64,000 nt of DNA from Nitrososphaeria archaeon (GTDB taxonomy: Archaea; Thermoproteota; Nitrososphaeria; Nitrososphaerales; JAAOZN01): the NCBI GenBank assembly GCA_029775855.1, contig JARVJZ010000002.1, forward strand, positions 269,599 through 333,598, written 5' to 3'. Under the pieces are notes generated by a model that saw nothing but the letters and a program-made list of their open reading frames with translations, did no database searches and was not told where the DNA came from. Positions 16,452 through 25,581 of this stretch are shown in pieces (the stretch's first letter is position 1; each line of letters starts with the position of its first letter). The position numbers and the translations under genes are program-made.

Positions 16452-18511
16452 AGCTTACCCTCCTCCTTCTTAGTAGGGCAGCTTGGGTTTACGCAAATCC
16501 TCCAAGGATATCTAGTTAGTATGACAGCCACCATAGGCCAACCACATAACTTACATCTTCTATTAAGGCTTTTTATCCTACCCTTTTGCGGCAGCGGCGC
16601 CGAGGTTCTGCAGCCTCCATCATAATTTGTGCAACCCACAAACCGTTTCCCGCTCTTCTTAGAGCGTATGATCTTAAGATAACCCTCCTTACATACTGGG
16701 CATTCTCCTATGATGTCTGCTGCAGCCAAGCTGGCTCGTGTTGCTTCCCTAACTTTTGAACTGAGCTCCTCTTCAGCCACTTTAAGTTCTTGTAGTGAAG
16801 TAAGTAAATGTGTTGCCGCCTTCTCTATGACATCTGAAACACTTAACACACCTCTTTCAATGCTCTCTAATGCTCTTTCGACTTCTCTCGTCATTTCTGT
16901 TGAAATTATGCTTGGGCTGTATTCTTTCATAACTTCGATTACAGAGAAGGCTATGTCTGTCGCCCTTATGCTGCTGCCAACAATATACCCTCTTTGGTAA
17001 AGAGTGTCGATGATTTCAGCCCTCGTCGCTTTAGTGCCGATTCCTTCCTTCTCCATTTTAGCTAGAAGGCTGCTCTGGTTATATCGTGGCGGGGGCTGCT
17101 CAAACCGCTCAGCAACATCAAGCGAAATAACTTTAAGCCGATTCCCCTCCTCTAAGAGTGGAAGCGGATTATCCTCAGCACTAACATAACTTCTGTAGTA
17201 TTTCATCCAACCCTCTTCTATCGTCCTCCGCCCACTTACTCTAAAAAGGTAGGAGCCTATCTCTACATCAGCAGATACTCTCTCTCTTACAGCATATTCA
17301 CCAAAGACCGCTAAGAACCTCCTAACTATAAGATCATACAATCTACTCTGCCTATCATCCAAACCTTGAGGCAGTTCTCCTGTGGGATATATAGCTGGAT
17401 GCGCTGGGTCATCCTCTTCTCCTTCAAACGGCTTAAGAGGTTTAGTAAGCAAATCGTTAACATCAACCCTATACTGCTCTAGCTTCTGCAGACCACTGAA
17501 GATCTTATGATACCCTATAGAAGGTGGGAGCTTTTGACTCGAAGTGCGGGGATAAGAGATGAGTGCTTTCAAATATAGGCTCTCAGCAACCCTAAGAGTT
17601 AAAGAAGGTGAAAAACCAAACACTCTGTAAGCTTCATGCTGTAGATCTCCTAAGTTAAAAGGTGTGGGTGGATGCTGGCGTATAATCTGCTTACTAACCT
17701 TTTTAACTACCCCCTCCTTCCCTCTACAGCCAGCTTCAATAGCTTGAGCTTCAGCCAGCCGCTCAACCTTATCAACAACATACAGAGCTTTAAACATAAA
17801 ACCATCCTTTTCCAACAACGCACTTACACTCCAAAACGGCGTTGGAACAAACCACCTAATCTCACATTCCCTCTCCACAACAAACGCCAATGTAGGCCCC
17901 TGAACCCTACCTACGCTGAGTGTGCGATAGCCGCCTTTAGACGAATAGGCTTGAGTAAGGGCTCGGGTAAGATTCACACCCCAAAGAAAATCCACAACAT
18001 GCCTAGCTCTACCAGCCTCGGCCAACCTATTTATAGAGTTAGGGGACATCTTAGCAAAAGCTTCTCTCAACTCCTCTAAGGTTAAGGTTGAAAACTTCGC
18101 CCTTAGAGCTACAGACTCTTTTCCACCACAAACATACCTCAAAATATTATATCCTATAGTTTCACCTTCTATATCATAATCACAAGCATTAACAAACCCT
18201 TTTGCGCCTTTAGACAAACTACTAATCACTTTAATCAAATTACCAACACGCCTCTTCCCCTTATCAACCAAATTCAAAGGATACCAGCTTACATCAAACA
18301 CAGGATAGCTGCTCTTCTTCTCCGCAACATCCCAAACAGTATAAAGATGACCTAACGCTGCGCAAACCACATACCTACCCCTCTCTCCACTAACCTTATA
18401 CACAACAACATCGTCAAACCTCTCAGACTCCACAGAGCCTAAAGCTGATGCAATACGCTTAGCAGCATCAGGCTTCTCACATACAACAAGTAGATACTCC
18501 GAATCAAACAT
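16448..18511 (-). CDS. topA: Type IA DNA topoisomerase (archaeal TopA/Topo III)
   Basis: CEKP..A, ALGHL, DYD.EGE, GRVQGP, SYPRT, AHPAI.PT, GT.ATR, C-terminal Zn ribbons. Confidence 0.96.
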   Translation of the reverse strand: MFDSEYLLVVCEKPDAAKRIASALGSVESERFDDVVVYKVSGERGRYVVCAALGHLYTVWDVAEKKSSYPVFDVSWYPLNLVDKGKRRVGNLIKVISSLSKGAKGFVNACDYDIEGETIGYNILRYVCGGKESVALRAKFSTLTLEELREAFAKMSPNSINRLAEAGRARHVVDFLWGVNLTRALTQAYSSKGGYRTLSVGRVQGPTLAFVVERECEIRWFVPTPFWSVSALLEKDGFMFKALYVVDKVERLAEAQAIEAGCRGKEGVVKKVSKQIIRQHPPTPFNLGDLQHEAYRVFGFSPSLTLRVAESLYLKALISYPRTSSQKLPPSIGYHKIFSGLQKLEQYRVDVNDLLTKPLKPFEGEEDDPAHPAIYPTGELPQGLDDRQSRLYDLIVRRFLAVFGEYAVRERVSADVEIGSYLFRVSGRRTIEEGWMKYYRSYVSAEDNPLPLLEEGNRLKVISLDVAERFEQPPPRYNQSSLLAKMEKEGIGTKATRAEIIDTLYQRGYIVGSSIRATDIAFSVIEVMKEYSPSIISTEMTREVERALESIERGVLSVSDVIEKAATHLLTSLQELKVAEEELSSKVREATRASLAAADIIGECPVCKEGYLKIIRSKKSGKRFVGCTNYDGGCRTSAPLPQKGRIKSLNRRCKLCGWPMVAVILTRYPWRICVNPSCPTKKEEGKL

Positions 18512-18612
18512 AACCTAAGCAAGCAACAAGCACTTATATAAGTGCAAATAACAACAACACTTGAATTCAGAGCCATGTGCCATAAAGAAATTTTAAGAGC
18601 GAGGAAGAATAA

Positions 18613-19638
18613 TTGCGACACTCCACTGCAGCACTAATAATCACATTAACAGTAGTTTGTGCCTTCTTAGCAACTCAGAGCTATATGCATCCCCAACCCA
18701 CTCTTACAACTGAAACAAAAGTATTAACCGAATATCTTACTCAGACAGAAAGATACACAACCACAAGCACATCTACCTTTTACATAACCATAACAGAAAC
18801 AGCCACAGCACCGCCAATAAATAAAACCATAACCTTACCGCCGATAACTACCACAACAACTACAACTGTAAAAACAACCGAGTTCATCACATCCTCAACC
18901 ACAGTAACTCTAACAGCAACCGAAACCTCAATCACAACCCTAACAGAAACCACGACAACCCAAACGACAGTAACCAAGACGGTGCAAAACAGAACCTTAA
19001 GAAACCCAACTTGGCAAGAACTCGTCGACTTCCTTAAAGAAGATGAAACCAACACTCTCATCTATATTGCTAAAGAATTTGACTGCAGCGGCTTCGCAAT
19101 AACACTCCGAGACCACGCAATAGCAAAAGGCTTCAGAGCCGCCTACGTCGAAATAGAGTTCACAGATGGAAATTCACACGCTTTAGTAGCCTTCCAAACA
19201 GTTGACAAAGGGTTAGTATACGTCGATGAGACTGGCTCTGAAGGAGGAAGAGGTAGCGATAAGATAGCGTATATAGAAGTCGGCAAGGAATATGGAGTAA
19301 TCGCCCTCGATGCTGTAAGGTGGCGGTATATTTCAACTTCAAACTACACAGCCAGCGAATTTTGGAGGCCCTTAATCTACACAACCCATTCAGAAAACAG
19401 CACCTACCCTCTAACCTACAACTACTACATCGAATACACCTCTAAAATCAGATTCTATTATGAAACTACAGAAGCATACAGCAAAGCTGTAGCTGAATAC
19501 AACCAGGGAAGCACAAAATACACCTATATACAGCTTTCAAATTGGCTCTCTAACATAAACAGTCTAGAGAATGAGATAGGCACGTGGTGGCTGCCGATGG
19601 GTGTCGTTAGAAATATAGAGATTTACTGGAGTGATTAA
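18613..19638 (+). CDS. Exported Thr-rich protein with a transglutaminase/papain-like Cys-His-Asp domain
   Basis: Signal/anchor helix, about 100 aa Thr-rich stalk, FDCSGFA...HALVAF...YVD. Confidence 0.7.
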   Translation: MRHSTAALIITLTVVCAFLATQSYMHPQPTLTTETKVLTEYLTQTERYTTTSTSTFYITITETATAPPINKTITLPPITTTTTTTVKTTEFITSSTTVTLTATETSITTLTETTTTQTTVTKTVQNRTLRNPTWQELVDFLKEDETNTLIYIAKEFDCSGFAITLRDHAIAKGFRAAYVEIEFTDGNSHALVAFQTVDKGLVYVDETGSEGGRGSDKIAYIEVGKEYGVIALDAVRWRYISTSNYTASEFWRPLIYTTHSENSTYPLTYNYYIEYTSKIRFYYETTEAYSKAVAEYNQGSTKYTYIQLSNWLSNINSLENEIGTWWLPMGVVRNIEIYWSD

Positions 19639-19672
19639 CAAAGCTGTGTAAGTCGATCTAAGATATTCTTAA

Positions 19673-19700
19673 ATATCACTAGCGATATCACTAATGATAT
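19673..19700. promoter_or_regulatory. Tandem palindromic operator, probably PadR autoregulation
   Basis: ATATCACTAGCGATATCACTAATGATAT, two overlapping ATATC-N6-GATAT repeats reaching the start codon. Confidence 0.6.
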
Positions 19701-20160
19701 GAGCAGAAGCGCTATACCAAGAGGATTCTCAAGACTATACATCCTAACGCTACTCTTAGAAAAACCTATGACTGGCAAGCAAATCATAGAAGAAACTGAA
19801 AAGAGGACACAAGGCGCTTGGAAACCCTCTCCAGGCTTAGTTTATCCACTACTAGCCAAGCTCCTCACAGAAGGCTTAATAGAAGAGGTCGAGGGCGGAT
19901 ACCGAACCACAGAAAAAGGTAAGAAAACGCTCGAAGAATATAAACAAACATACACAGAGTTTGAAAGAGGATTCAACGCTCTCTTAAAGATAGGCTTATT
20001 CAGTAAAATAATCGCACAAGATCTGATAGACAGAATAATAGGTATCATCTCACTTCTGCGTGAAGACATAGCCAACTTAGGAAAGGCTCAAAGAGAAAAA
20101 TACAAAGCATTTCTACGAGCAGAACTCAAAAGACTAGAAGAAGAGGAGCAACAAAGCTAA
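19699..20160 (+). CDS. PadR family transcriptional regulator
   Basis: PRGF, KPMTG, WKPSPGLVYPLL, Y.TTEKG. Confidence 0.92.
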   Translation: MSRSAIPRGFSRLYILTLLLEKPMTGKQIIEETEKRTQGAWKPSPGLVYPLLAKLLTEGLIEEVEGGYRTTEKGKKTLEEYKQTYTEFERGFNALLKIGLFSKIIAQDLIDRIIGIISLLREDIANLGKAQREKYKAFLRAELKRLEEEEQQS

Positions 20161-20166
20161 AAGAAA

Positions 20167-20458
20167 GGGGTGCGTTCTGGCCGTAACCCTCCTTCTGTTT
20201 TAGGTAGGATTCCGCTAAGCAGCCTACCCGAGGTTCATGCAGCCCTCATCACCTCATGTTTGGCCTTGCTCCCCGCGGGTCAACCGTTTCACTCTGAAGC
20301 TGGGAACCTCAGAGTTCCCCCATCACTGTGCCCCAGCTCAGATGTCGTTTCTGTTTTGTAGCCATCGGTCTCCCGATGCGCCTCGCGGCGCCGCGGTGCT
20401 GCAAGGAGGGAGGAGTTTCCTCAGGATACCCCGAAACCTACCCGCCAGCTCACACCCC
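20167..20458 (-). ncRNA. rnpB: RNase P RNA
   Basis: GC-rich island; minus strand carries GAGGAAACTCC (CR-I), ACAGAAACG, TGAAACGG, GAGCAAG and AAACAGAAGGAGGGTTAC (CR-V); ends GGGGTG/CACCCC can pair (P1). Confidence 0.95.
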
Positions 20459-20515
20459 AATAAATTAATGTAGGGAGTAGGTAAAACCTTTTTCTCTACG
20501 CGATATAAAGTATGC

Positions 20516-21214
20516 TTGATGGTTAAAATAATCGTAGACACTAGAGAGCCTGCTATCATACCCCTCCTTTTGCTTAAGTTAGGTATAGATGTCGAAAGGC
20601 AGCCTGTGACGCCTGGAGACTATATTCTAGCATCTGATTGTGCTGTTGAGAGGAAGACTATTCAAGACTTCTTTAATTCACTATACAGTGGTAGGTTGTT
20701 TGAGCAGACAGAGCGCCTTAGAGCCTCGTATGCAAAACCCATTCTGGTTATAGAAGGTGATGTAAAAGAAGAGCTTCTTAGTAGGCAGAATCCAAGAGCC
20801 TTCTGGGGCGCTCTACTTAAGCTGCAGATGGGATACAACCTTCCTACAATAAACACACATGACCCACTTGAAACAGCAGACTTACTGGTCACTTTAGCAA
20901 AGCAACTACAAACACGCTCTAAAGAAGAACATATACATCCAAAGCATAAACCAAAACTTTTAACCGAAAAGGAGATGCAGATATATGCCGTCTGCAGTCT
21001 GCCCGGTGTAGGTGAGAACTTAGCGGTTAGACTTCTTAAGCACTTTGGATCAGTTAGAAGAGTCTACTCCGCCTCTAAAACCGAGCTTACAAAAGTTGAA
21101 GGCATAGGTGAAGTAAAAGCTGAGCAGATAACTAGGCTCTTAGACAAACCCTTCACAGAAGACAAAAACGAACAAAACATATTTAATAAATCAACATTTG
21201 CCTTAGATCGGTAG
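20516..21214 (+). CDS. xpf: Short XPF/ERCC4 structure-specific endonuclease
   Basis: VDTRE, GDY, VERK...DF..S..GRLFEQ, C-terminal (HhH)2. Confidence 0.93.
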   Translation: MMVKIIVDTREPAIIPLLLLKLGIDVERQPVTPGDYILASDCAVERKTIQDFFNSLYSGRLFEQTERLRASYAKPILVIEGDVKEELLSRQNPRAFWGALLKLQMGYNLPTINTHDPLETADLLVTLAKQLQTRSKEEHIHPKHKPKLLTEKEMQIYAVCSLPGVGENLAVRLLKHFGSVRRVYSASKTELTKVEGIGEVKAEQITRLLDKPFTEDKNEQNIFNKSTFALDR

Positions 21215-21649
21215 ATTAAAGTCTTCTTTAGCGGTGCTTAAAACAACATGGGTATTCGTTCGCTCAATATAGGGCATCTTTAGAAGGCTCTTAGTGAAGT
21301 TGCTTAGGCTCTCGCGGTCTTTAAACTTCGCTATAACTATCGCATCAGTTTCACCAGTAACATCATATACTGCACAAACACCTGGCATCTCAGCCACACT
21401 CTTCTCAACCTCAATCAACTTACCCTTAGAGACCACAATCTCAGTCACGACAGTTATATCGTAACCAAGCTTACTATAATCTATAATAGCTGAATACCCT
21501 TTTATCACTCCAGACGCTTCAAGCTTTCTTATCCTAGCAAGTACCGTTCCAACTGCTACACCAACCTTTTTAGCGACTTCCCTATAAGAGCATCGGGCAT
21601 CTTTAAGATATTCATTAACTATCCTTTTATCAACATCATCCAGCTGCAA
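21203..21649 (-). CDS. Lrp/AsnC family transcriptional regulator
   Basis: LDDVD..I...DAR.S, RI.KLE..GVI.GY, YDVTG..D. Confidence 0.94.
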   Translation of the reverse strand: MQLDDVDKRIVNEYLKDARCSYREVAKKVGVAVGTVLARIRKLEASGVIKGYSAIIDYSKLGYDITVVTEIVVSKGKLIEVEKSVAEMPGVCAVYDVTGETDAIVIAKFKDRESLSNFTKSLLKMPYIERTNTHVVLSTAKEDFNLPI

Positions 21650-21771
21650 ACTAAAAGAAGAAAAACACAGCTTACTTATAAGTATGCTTAGAAAAAGAGA
21701 TTGGACAAATGTTCAGTAAGAAAAGCGCTAAGTATATATATGTCATCAATTCGACCACCAGCTATATTCAA

Positions 21772-23229
21772 ATGGAGAGTCCAAAAATGAAGAGCAAACC
21801 CCCAAATTCTTTAACACCAGCAGACATACTCTCCCTAATTAAAGAAGATAACATCAGATTTATAGATCTTCAATTTACAGACCTACCAGGTAAACTGCAG
21901 CACGTGACCATACCTTCAAGAGAACTTAACGAAGACTCCTTTAGCGCTGGCGTACCTAAATTAGATGGTTCCTCAATAAGAGGCTTCGTTGAAATCCACG
22001 AATCAGACCTCTTACTTGTACCAGATCCAACCACCTACGCAGTCCTTCCATGGTATAGTGAAGAAATCAAGACTGCTAGGCTTCTTTGTGACGTTTACCG
22101 AGGGTTTGGCACTGGTCGACTACTATGGGATCCTAGAGCAATAGCTCAAAAGGCTGAAGCCGAGCTCAATAAACTAGGTTATACCACCTCGTATTGGGGA
22201 CCAGAGGTTGAGTTCTTTGTCTTTGACAAAGTCGCATGGGATACGTTGGCACCTTACCGTGGTCAGAGCTATTCTATTGAGTCAAGGGAGGCTGCTTGGA
22301 GCTGCTCAGGCTACCCTATACGCTTCAAAGAAGGCTACTACCCAGCCCCGCCTCAAGACACGCTTATGGTGTTCAGAAGCGAATGTGTAAGAGTTTTAGA
22401 GGACTATTTTGGTGTTAAATGTGATGCCCACCATCACGAAGTAGCCACAGCCGGACAATGCGAGATCGACATACTCTACAACACGTTAACCAAAACAGCC
22501 GACAACGTAGTAACATACAAGTATGTTATCAAAAATGTAGCTGTGCAGCATAACATGGTAGCAACCATGATGCCTAAACCCATCTTTTCAGACAACGCTT
22601 CAGGCATGCATGTGCATATGAGCATATGGAGAGATGGAGTAAACCTCTTTTATGATGAAAAAGACGAATACGCTGAGCTAAGTCAACTTGCAAGATATTA
22701 TATTGGAGGGTTGCTGGAGCACGCAGAAGCACTATCAGCAATCACTGCACCAACAACAAACTCATACCGAAGGCTTGTCCCAGGATATGAAGCGCCAGTT
22801 TATGTGGGTTGGAGTAAAAGCAACAGATCAGCAGCAGTAAGGATACCCATCTATGAGAAGGGTTCTAAAAGCGCTGCTAAAAAACGAATCGAATATAGAC
22901 CACCAGACCCCTCAGCCAACCCCTACCTCTGCTTCGCAGCACTATTAGCAGCCGGAATCGATGGTATAAAGAAGAAGATCGAAATAGGCGACCCACTAGA
23001 CGAAAACATCTATAAGCTAACACCAGAGAGAAGGCGTGAACTCGGTGTAAGAGAGCTGCCAGGAAACCTAAAGGAGGCTATTGAAGCGCTTAAAAGCGAC
23101 TCAGAATTTCTGAAGCCCATATTCCCAGAGGAAGCTATTGAACGCATAATAGAAATTGAATTAAAAGAATATTTTGAAGTATCTATGAGACCACATCCCC
23201 ACGAATTCTACCTCTACTTCGACATCTAA
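21772..23229 (+). CDS. glnA: Glutamine synthetase type I
   Basis: DGSSI.GF, GPE.EFF, HHHEVA, MPKP, SGMH.H, NSYRRLVPGYEAP, NRSA..RIP, RIEYR.PD; start set at 21772, downstream of a TATA-like tract. Confidence 0.97.
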   Translation: MESPKMKSKPPNSLTPADILSLIKEDNIRFIDLQFTDLPGKLQHVTIPSRELNEDSFSAGVPKLDGSSIRGFVEIHESDLLLVPDPTTYAVLPWYSEEIKTARLLCDVYRGFGTGRLLWDPRAIAQKAEAELNKLGYTTSYWGPEVEFFVFDKVAWDTLAPYRGQSYSIESREAAWSCSGYPIRFKEGYYPAPPQDTLMVFRSECVRVLEDYFGVKCDAHHHEVATAGQCEIDILYNTLTKTADNVVTYKYVIKNVAVQHNMVATMMPKPIFSDNASGMHVHMSIWRDGVNLFYDEKDEYAELSQLARYYIGGLLEHAEALSAITAPTTNSYRRLVPGYEAPVYVGWSKSNRSAAVRIPIYEKGSKSAAKKRIEYRPPDPSANPYLCFAALLAAGIDGIKKKIEIGDPLDENIYKLTPERRRELGVRELPGNLKEAIEALKSDSEFLKPIFPEEAIERIIEIELKEYFEVSMRPHPHEFYLYFDI

Positions 23230-23348
23230 CACCATTTACACAATAGATTACTTCAATAAGTTTGATGGTTTGCTAAACCCTTCAGCTTTTAGTTGCTTCA
23301 AGCATACTTTTATTCTTCTTATACAGAGTAGTGTTCTGGTAAAGACAC

Positions 23349-24161
23349 TTGGAGGATGAAGCTTCATACTTCTTCGCTATGCTTGGGCATCCTTTAAGAA
23401 GGCGAATCATTAAGTATTTGGGTGAAAAAGGCTATGCTGGATTTAGTGACCTTAAAGCCAACCTTAATGTAAGTATAGGTACCCTCTACTACCAGCTCGA
23501 CCAACTTAAGGGGCTTTTGGATCAGAATGAGTCAAAGAAATATGCTTTAAATGAGAAAGGTAAATTCGCCTACCAGCTCTTGTTAGAAAGCGAAGAAAGG
23601 ATATCCTCCAGCCGATATGTGAAACATAAGCTAAGTGCAGCGCTTTACTTAACGCGATGGCTCTTAGGTTGGCCCATCATCTTATACTTATATGGTAAGA
23701 CGAAGTATGCTTCTATATTTGCAGCTACCATAATAATATACGGTGCTTACTCAGCGTATAAATCAAATCTCTACCCAATCCTATTTATCTACTTAAATCA
23801 TCTACCTCTATCTAAATTGTATATACCAATTCTCTTCGTAGCAGAGTACCTAGTAGTTAATGCAATAGCTAACCTTATCCCTCTGATCTTATATAGAGTA
23901 AAAGAGGGAGTGAAGCCTCTGCTGATAGGCTCAGCCTTCTCTTTTCTCCCTTCTCTTTTACTGCCTACAGCATCCATCTTCACATACCCTACCTTAACAC
24001 AAGCCCAGATCCTGATGCTCATTGGCATAGGGTTTTCGTTATGTTTCCTAACATCCGCAATCTCTCTTTCTAAAGGTTTAGCTGTTGAGAAGGCTGCTTT
24101 GGTGTCTTCAATAATTCTTTACTTATCTGTCGCTTTAACTCTATTACTAGTTTCAGTATAA
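23349..24161 (+). CDS. ArsR-type wHTH regulator fused to a multi-TM domain
   Basis: LGHPLRR.I...GTLYY.L...Y.L.EKG followed by about 6 hydrophobic helices. Confidence 0.8.
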   Translation: MEDEASYFFAMLGHPLRRRIIKYLGEKGYAGFSDLKANLNVSIGTLYYQLDQLKGLLDQNESKKYALNEKGKFAYQLLLESEERISSSRYVKHKLSAALYLTRWLLGWPIILYLYGKTKYASIFAATIIIYGAYSAYKSNLYPILFIYLNHLPLSKLYIPILFVAEYLVVNAIANLIPLILYRVKEGVKPLLIGSAFSFLPSLLLPTASIFTYPTLTQAQILMLIGIGFSLCFLTSAISLSKGLAVEKAALVSSIILYLSVALTLLLVSV

Positions 24162-24208
24162 TGTATTTGTTTGCCTCGACTTTTTCGAACCTTTAAGGCA
24201 TAAGGTTG

Positions 24209-24223
24209 TTCGGAAAATCCGAA
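24209..24223. promoter_or_regulatory. Inverted repeat upstream of the export module
   Basis: TTCGGA-AAA-TCCGAA. Confidence 0.45.
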
Positions 24224-24264
24224 ACAAAAGGGTTAAAGTCGTCAACGTTTTCTATCATTAGGGT

Positions 24265-25581
24265 TTGCTGTGGAGGGAAATGCTGCTGATACTTTTGGGC
24301 TCAATGCTAGGCACATCAATAATAATAGATTATGTAACATTAAACACAGCATATGCTCAAAGAAGTTTTGAGTTTAAGGGTGGAGGAGTAATCTCCTCTA
24401 TAACACCTTCTTTAACAAGCACTCAAGCTGGCTATCAAGGCTCAAGGTACACAGGTTACACTTTAACAGTTGCCTCCGAGGATAATGGGCAGGTCCGTGC
24501 GATATTGGCTTGGCAAGTCATGCCACCCCACTCTCCAAGGGTATACGACAGCTATCTTACACTTCAAATAATCAAGACATTTGAAGACGGTTCTCTTGAT
24601 CACGCTTTAACCTATATCCCCCTCTACTTGGTACAATATGAAGATCAAGATAATGACGGCCTTCTCACTTTACAATTTGAACGGCAAAGTTTTGCGCCTA
24701 TAGATGAAGCTGTAGGTTGGAGACCTTCTCAAGACAAGATTCTTAAGGTGTATCCTCTTCTACCATTTGATCATTCGTCAACTGCCATGCGTTGGCGTAT
24801 CAGCAAAAGTCTACTCCAAGAAGATTATCTATATAATTGGAATGCATCATTAACTATCAGAGGCTTCGAGATAACCAACGGTTCTTTGAATCCTGACACC
24901 ATTGACAGCACACTACAAGTAGGTTATCACCTGAGGATGCAGAGTAGTGGTTTGAAAGTGAAAGTGAGCTATAAGGTAGAAGATGTTAACTGGTCCTCTG
25001 GATCTGGTATTAGGCTTGCTTTAATATCGACATTACTCTATCAAAGTAAAGAGCAGATTTCACTAAGGGAAGTGGGAGTGTATAAGACCTCAAAAGATGC
25101 GTATAAGATGCAAAACATCGATCTAGTAACCGCTAATGAACGCATTAAATCGTCTATATTTACCAGCGCAGATGCGTATATAGATGGCAGTTTACAGCGT
25201 GATATAGTTTCAGTCTCATTACAGCCTTTGTTTATTTTCAAGGAAGCGCCTCAGCCAGTCAAAATCAGAGACATAAAACCTATGTTCGAAGAACGCATGT
25301 TAGGAGGTTACAGTATTGCGTTTGCACACCAAATTTCCTTTCCCCGTTTTAATAGAAGCGTCTTCCAAGACCCAGAGATCTACTTCTCAGCCCCTATACC
25401 TTTACCTTCTACTGCATCTTACATCAATTTAGGTTGGATAATAGCAGCTGCACTAACTATAACAGTTATTCTCCTTCTAATTAAGGTAGTCTTCGAAAAC
25501 CGTTGTTTTCGAAATTTTTGGCGGTTCCCCGAATCTGCTTTAAGGTGTTTCGATTCAAAGGGAGGGAAGGCAGATGCGTAA
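24265..25581 (+). CDS. Cell-surface hypothetical protein
   Basis: N-terminal signal, beta-rich body, DQDNDG Ca-loop-like motif, QDP then C-terminal TM helix. Confidence 0.7.
   Translation: MLWREMLLILLGSMLGTSIIIDYVTLNTAYAQRSFEFKGGGVISSITPSLTSTQAGYQGSRYTGYTLTVASEDNGQVRAILAWQVMPPHSPRVYDSYLTLQIIKTFEDGSLDHALTYIPLYLVQYEDQDNDGLLTLQFERQSFAPIDEAVGWRPSQDKILKVYPLLPFDHSSTAMRWRISKSLLQEDYLYNWNASLTIRGFEITNGSLNPDTIDSTLQVGYHLRMQSSGLKVKVSYKVEDVNWSSGSGIRLALISTLLYQSKEQISLREVGVYKTSKDAYKMQNIDLVTANERIKSSIFTSADAYIDGSLQRDIVSVSLQPLFIFKEAPQPVKIRDIKPMFEERMLGGYSIAFAHQISFPRFNRSVFQDPEIYFSAPIPLPSTASYINLGWIIAAALTITVILLLIKVVFENRCFRNFWRFPESALRCFDSKGGKADA
25492..25513. promoter_or_regulatory. Inverted repeat upstream of the ABC ATPase gene
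   Basis: TTCGAAAAC-CGTT-GTTTTCGAA, perfect 9-bp arms. Confidence 0.5.

Noticed and set aside
20170-20559. Three short ORFs (63-78 aa) in a GC-rich patch
   Set aside because: They overlap the RNase P RNA gene; spurious frames.
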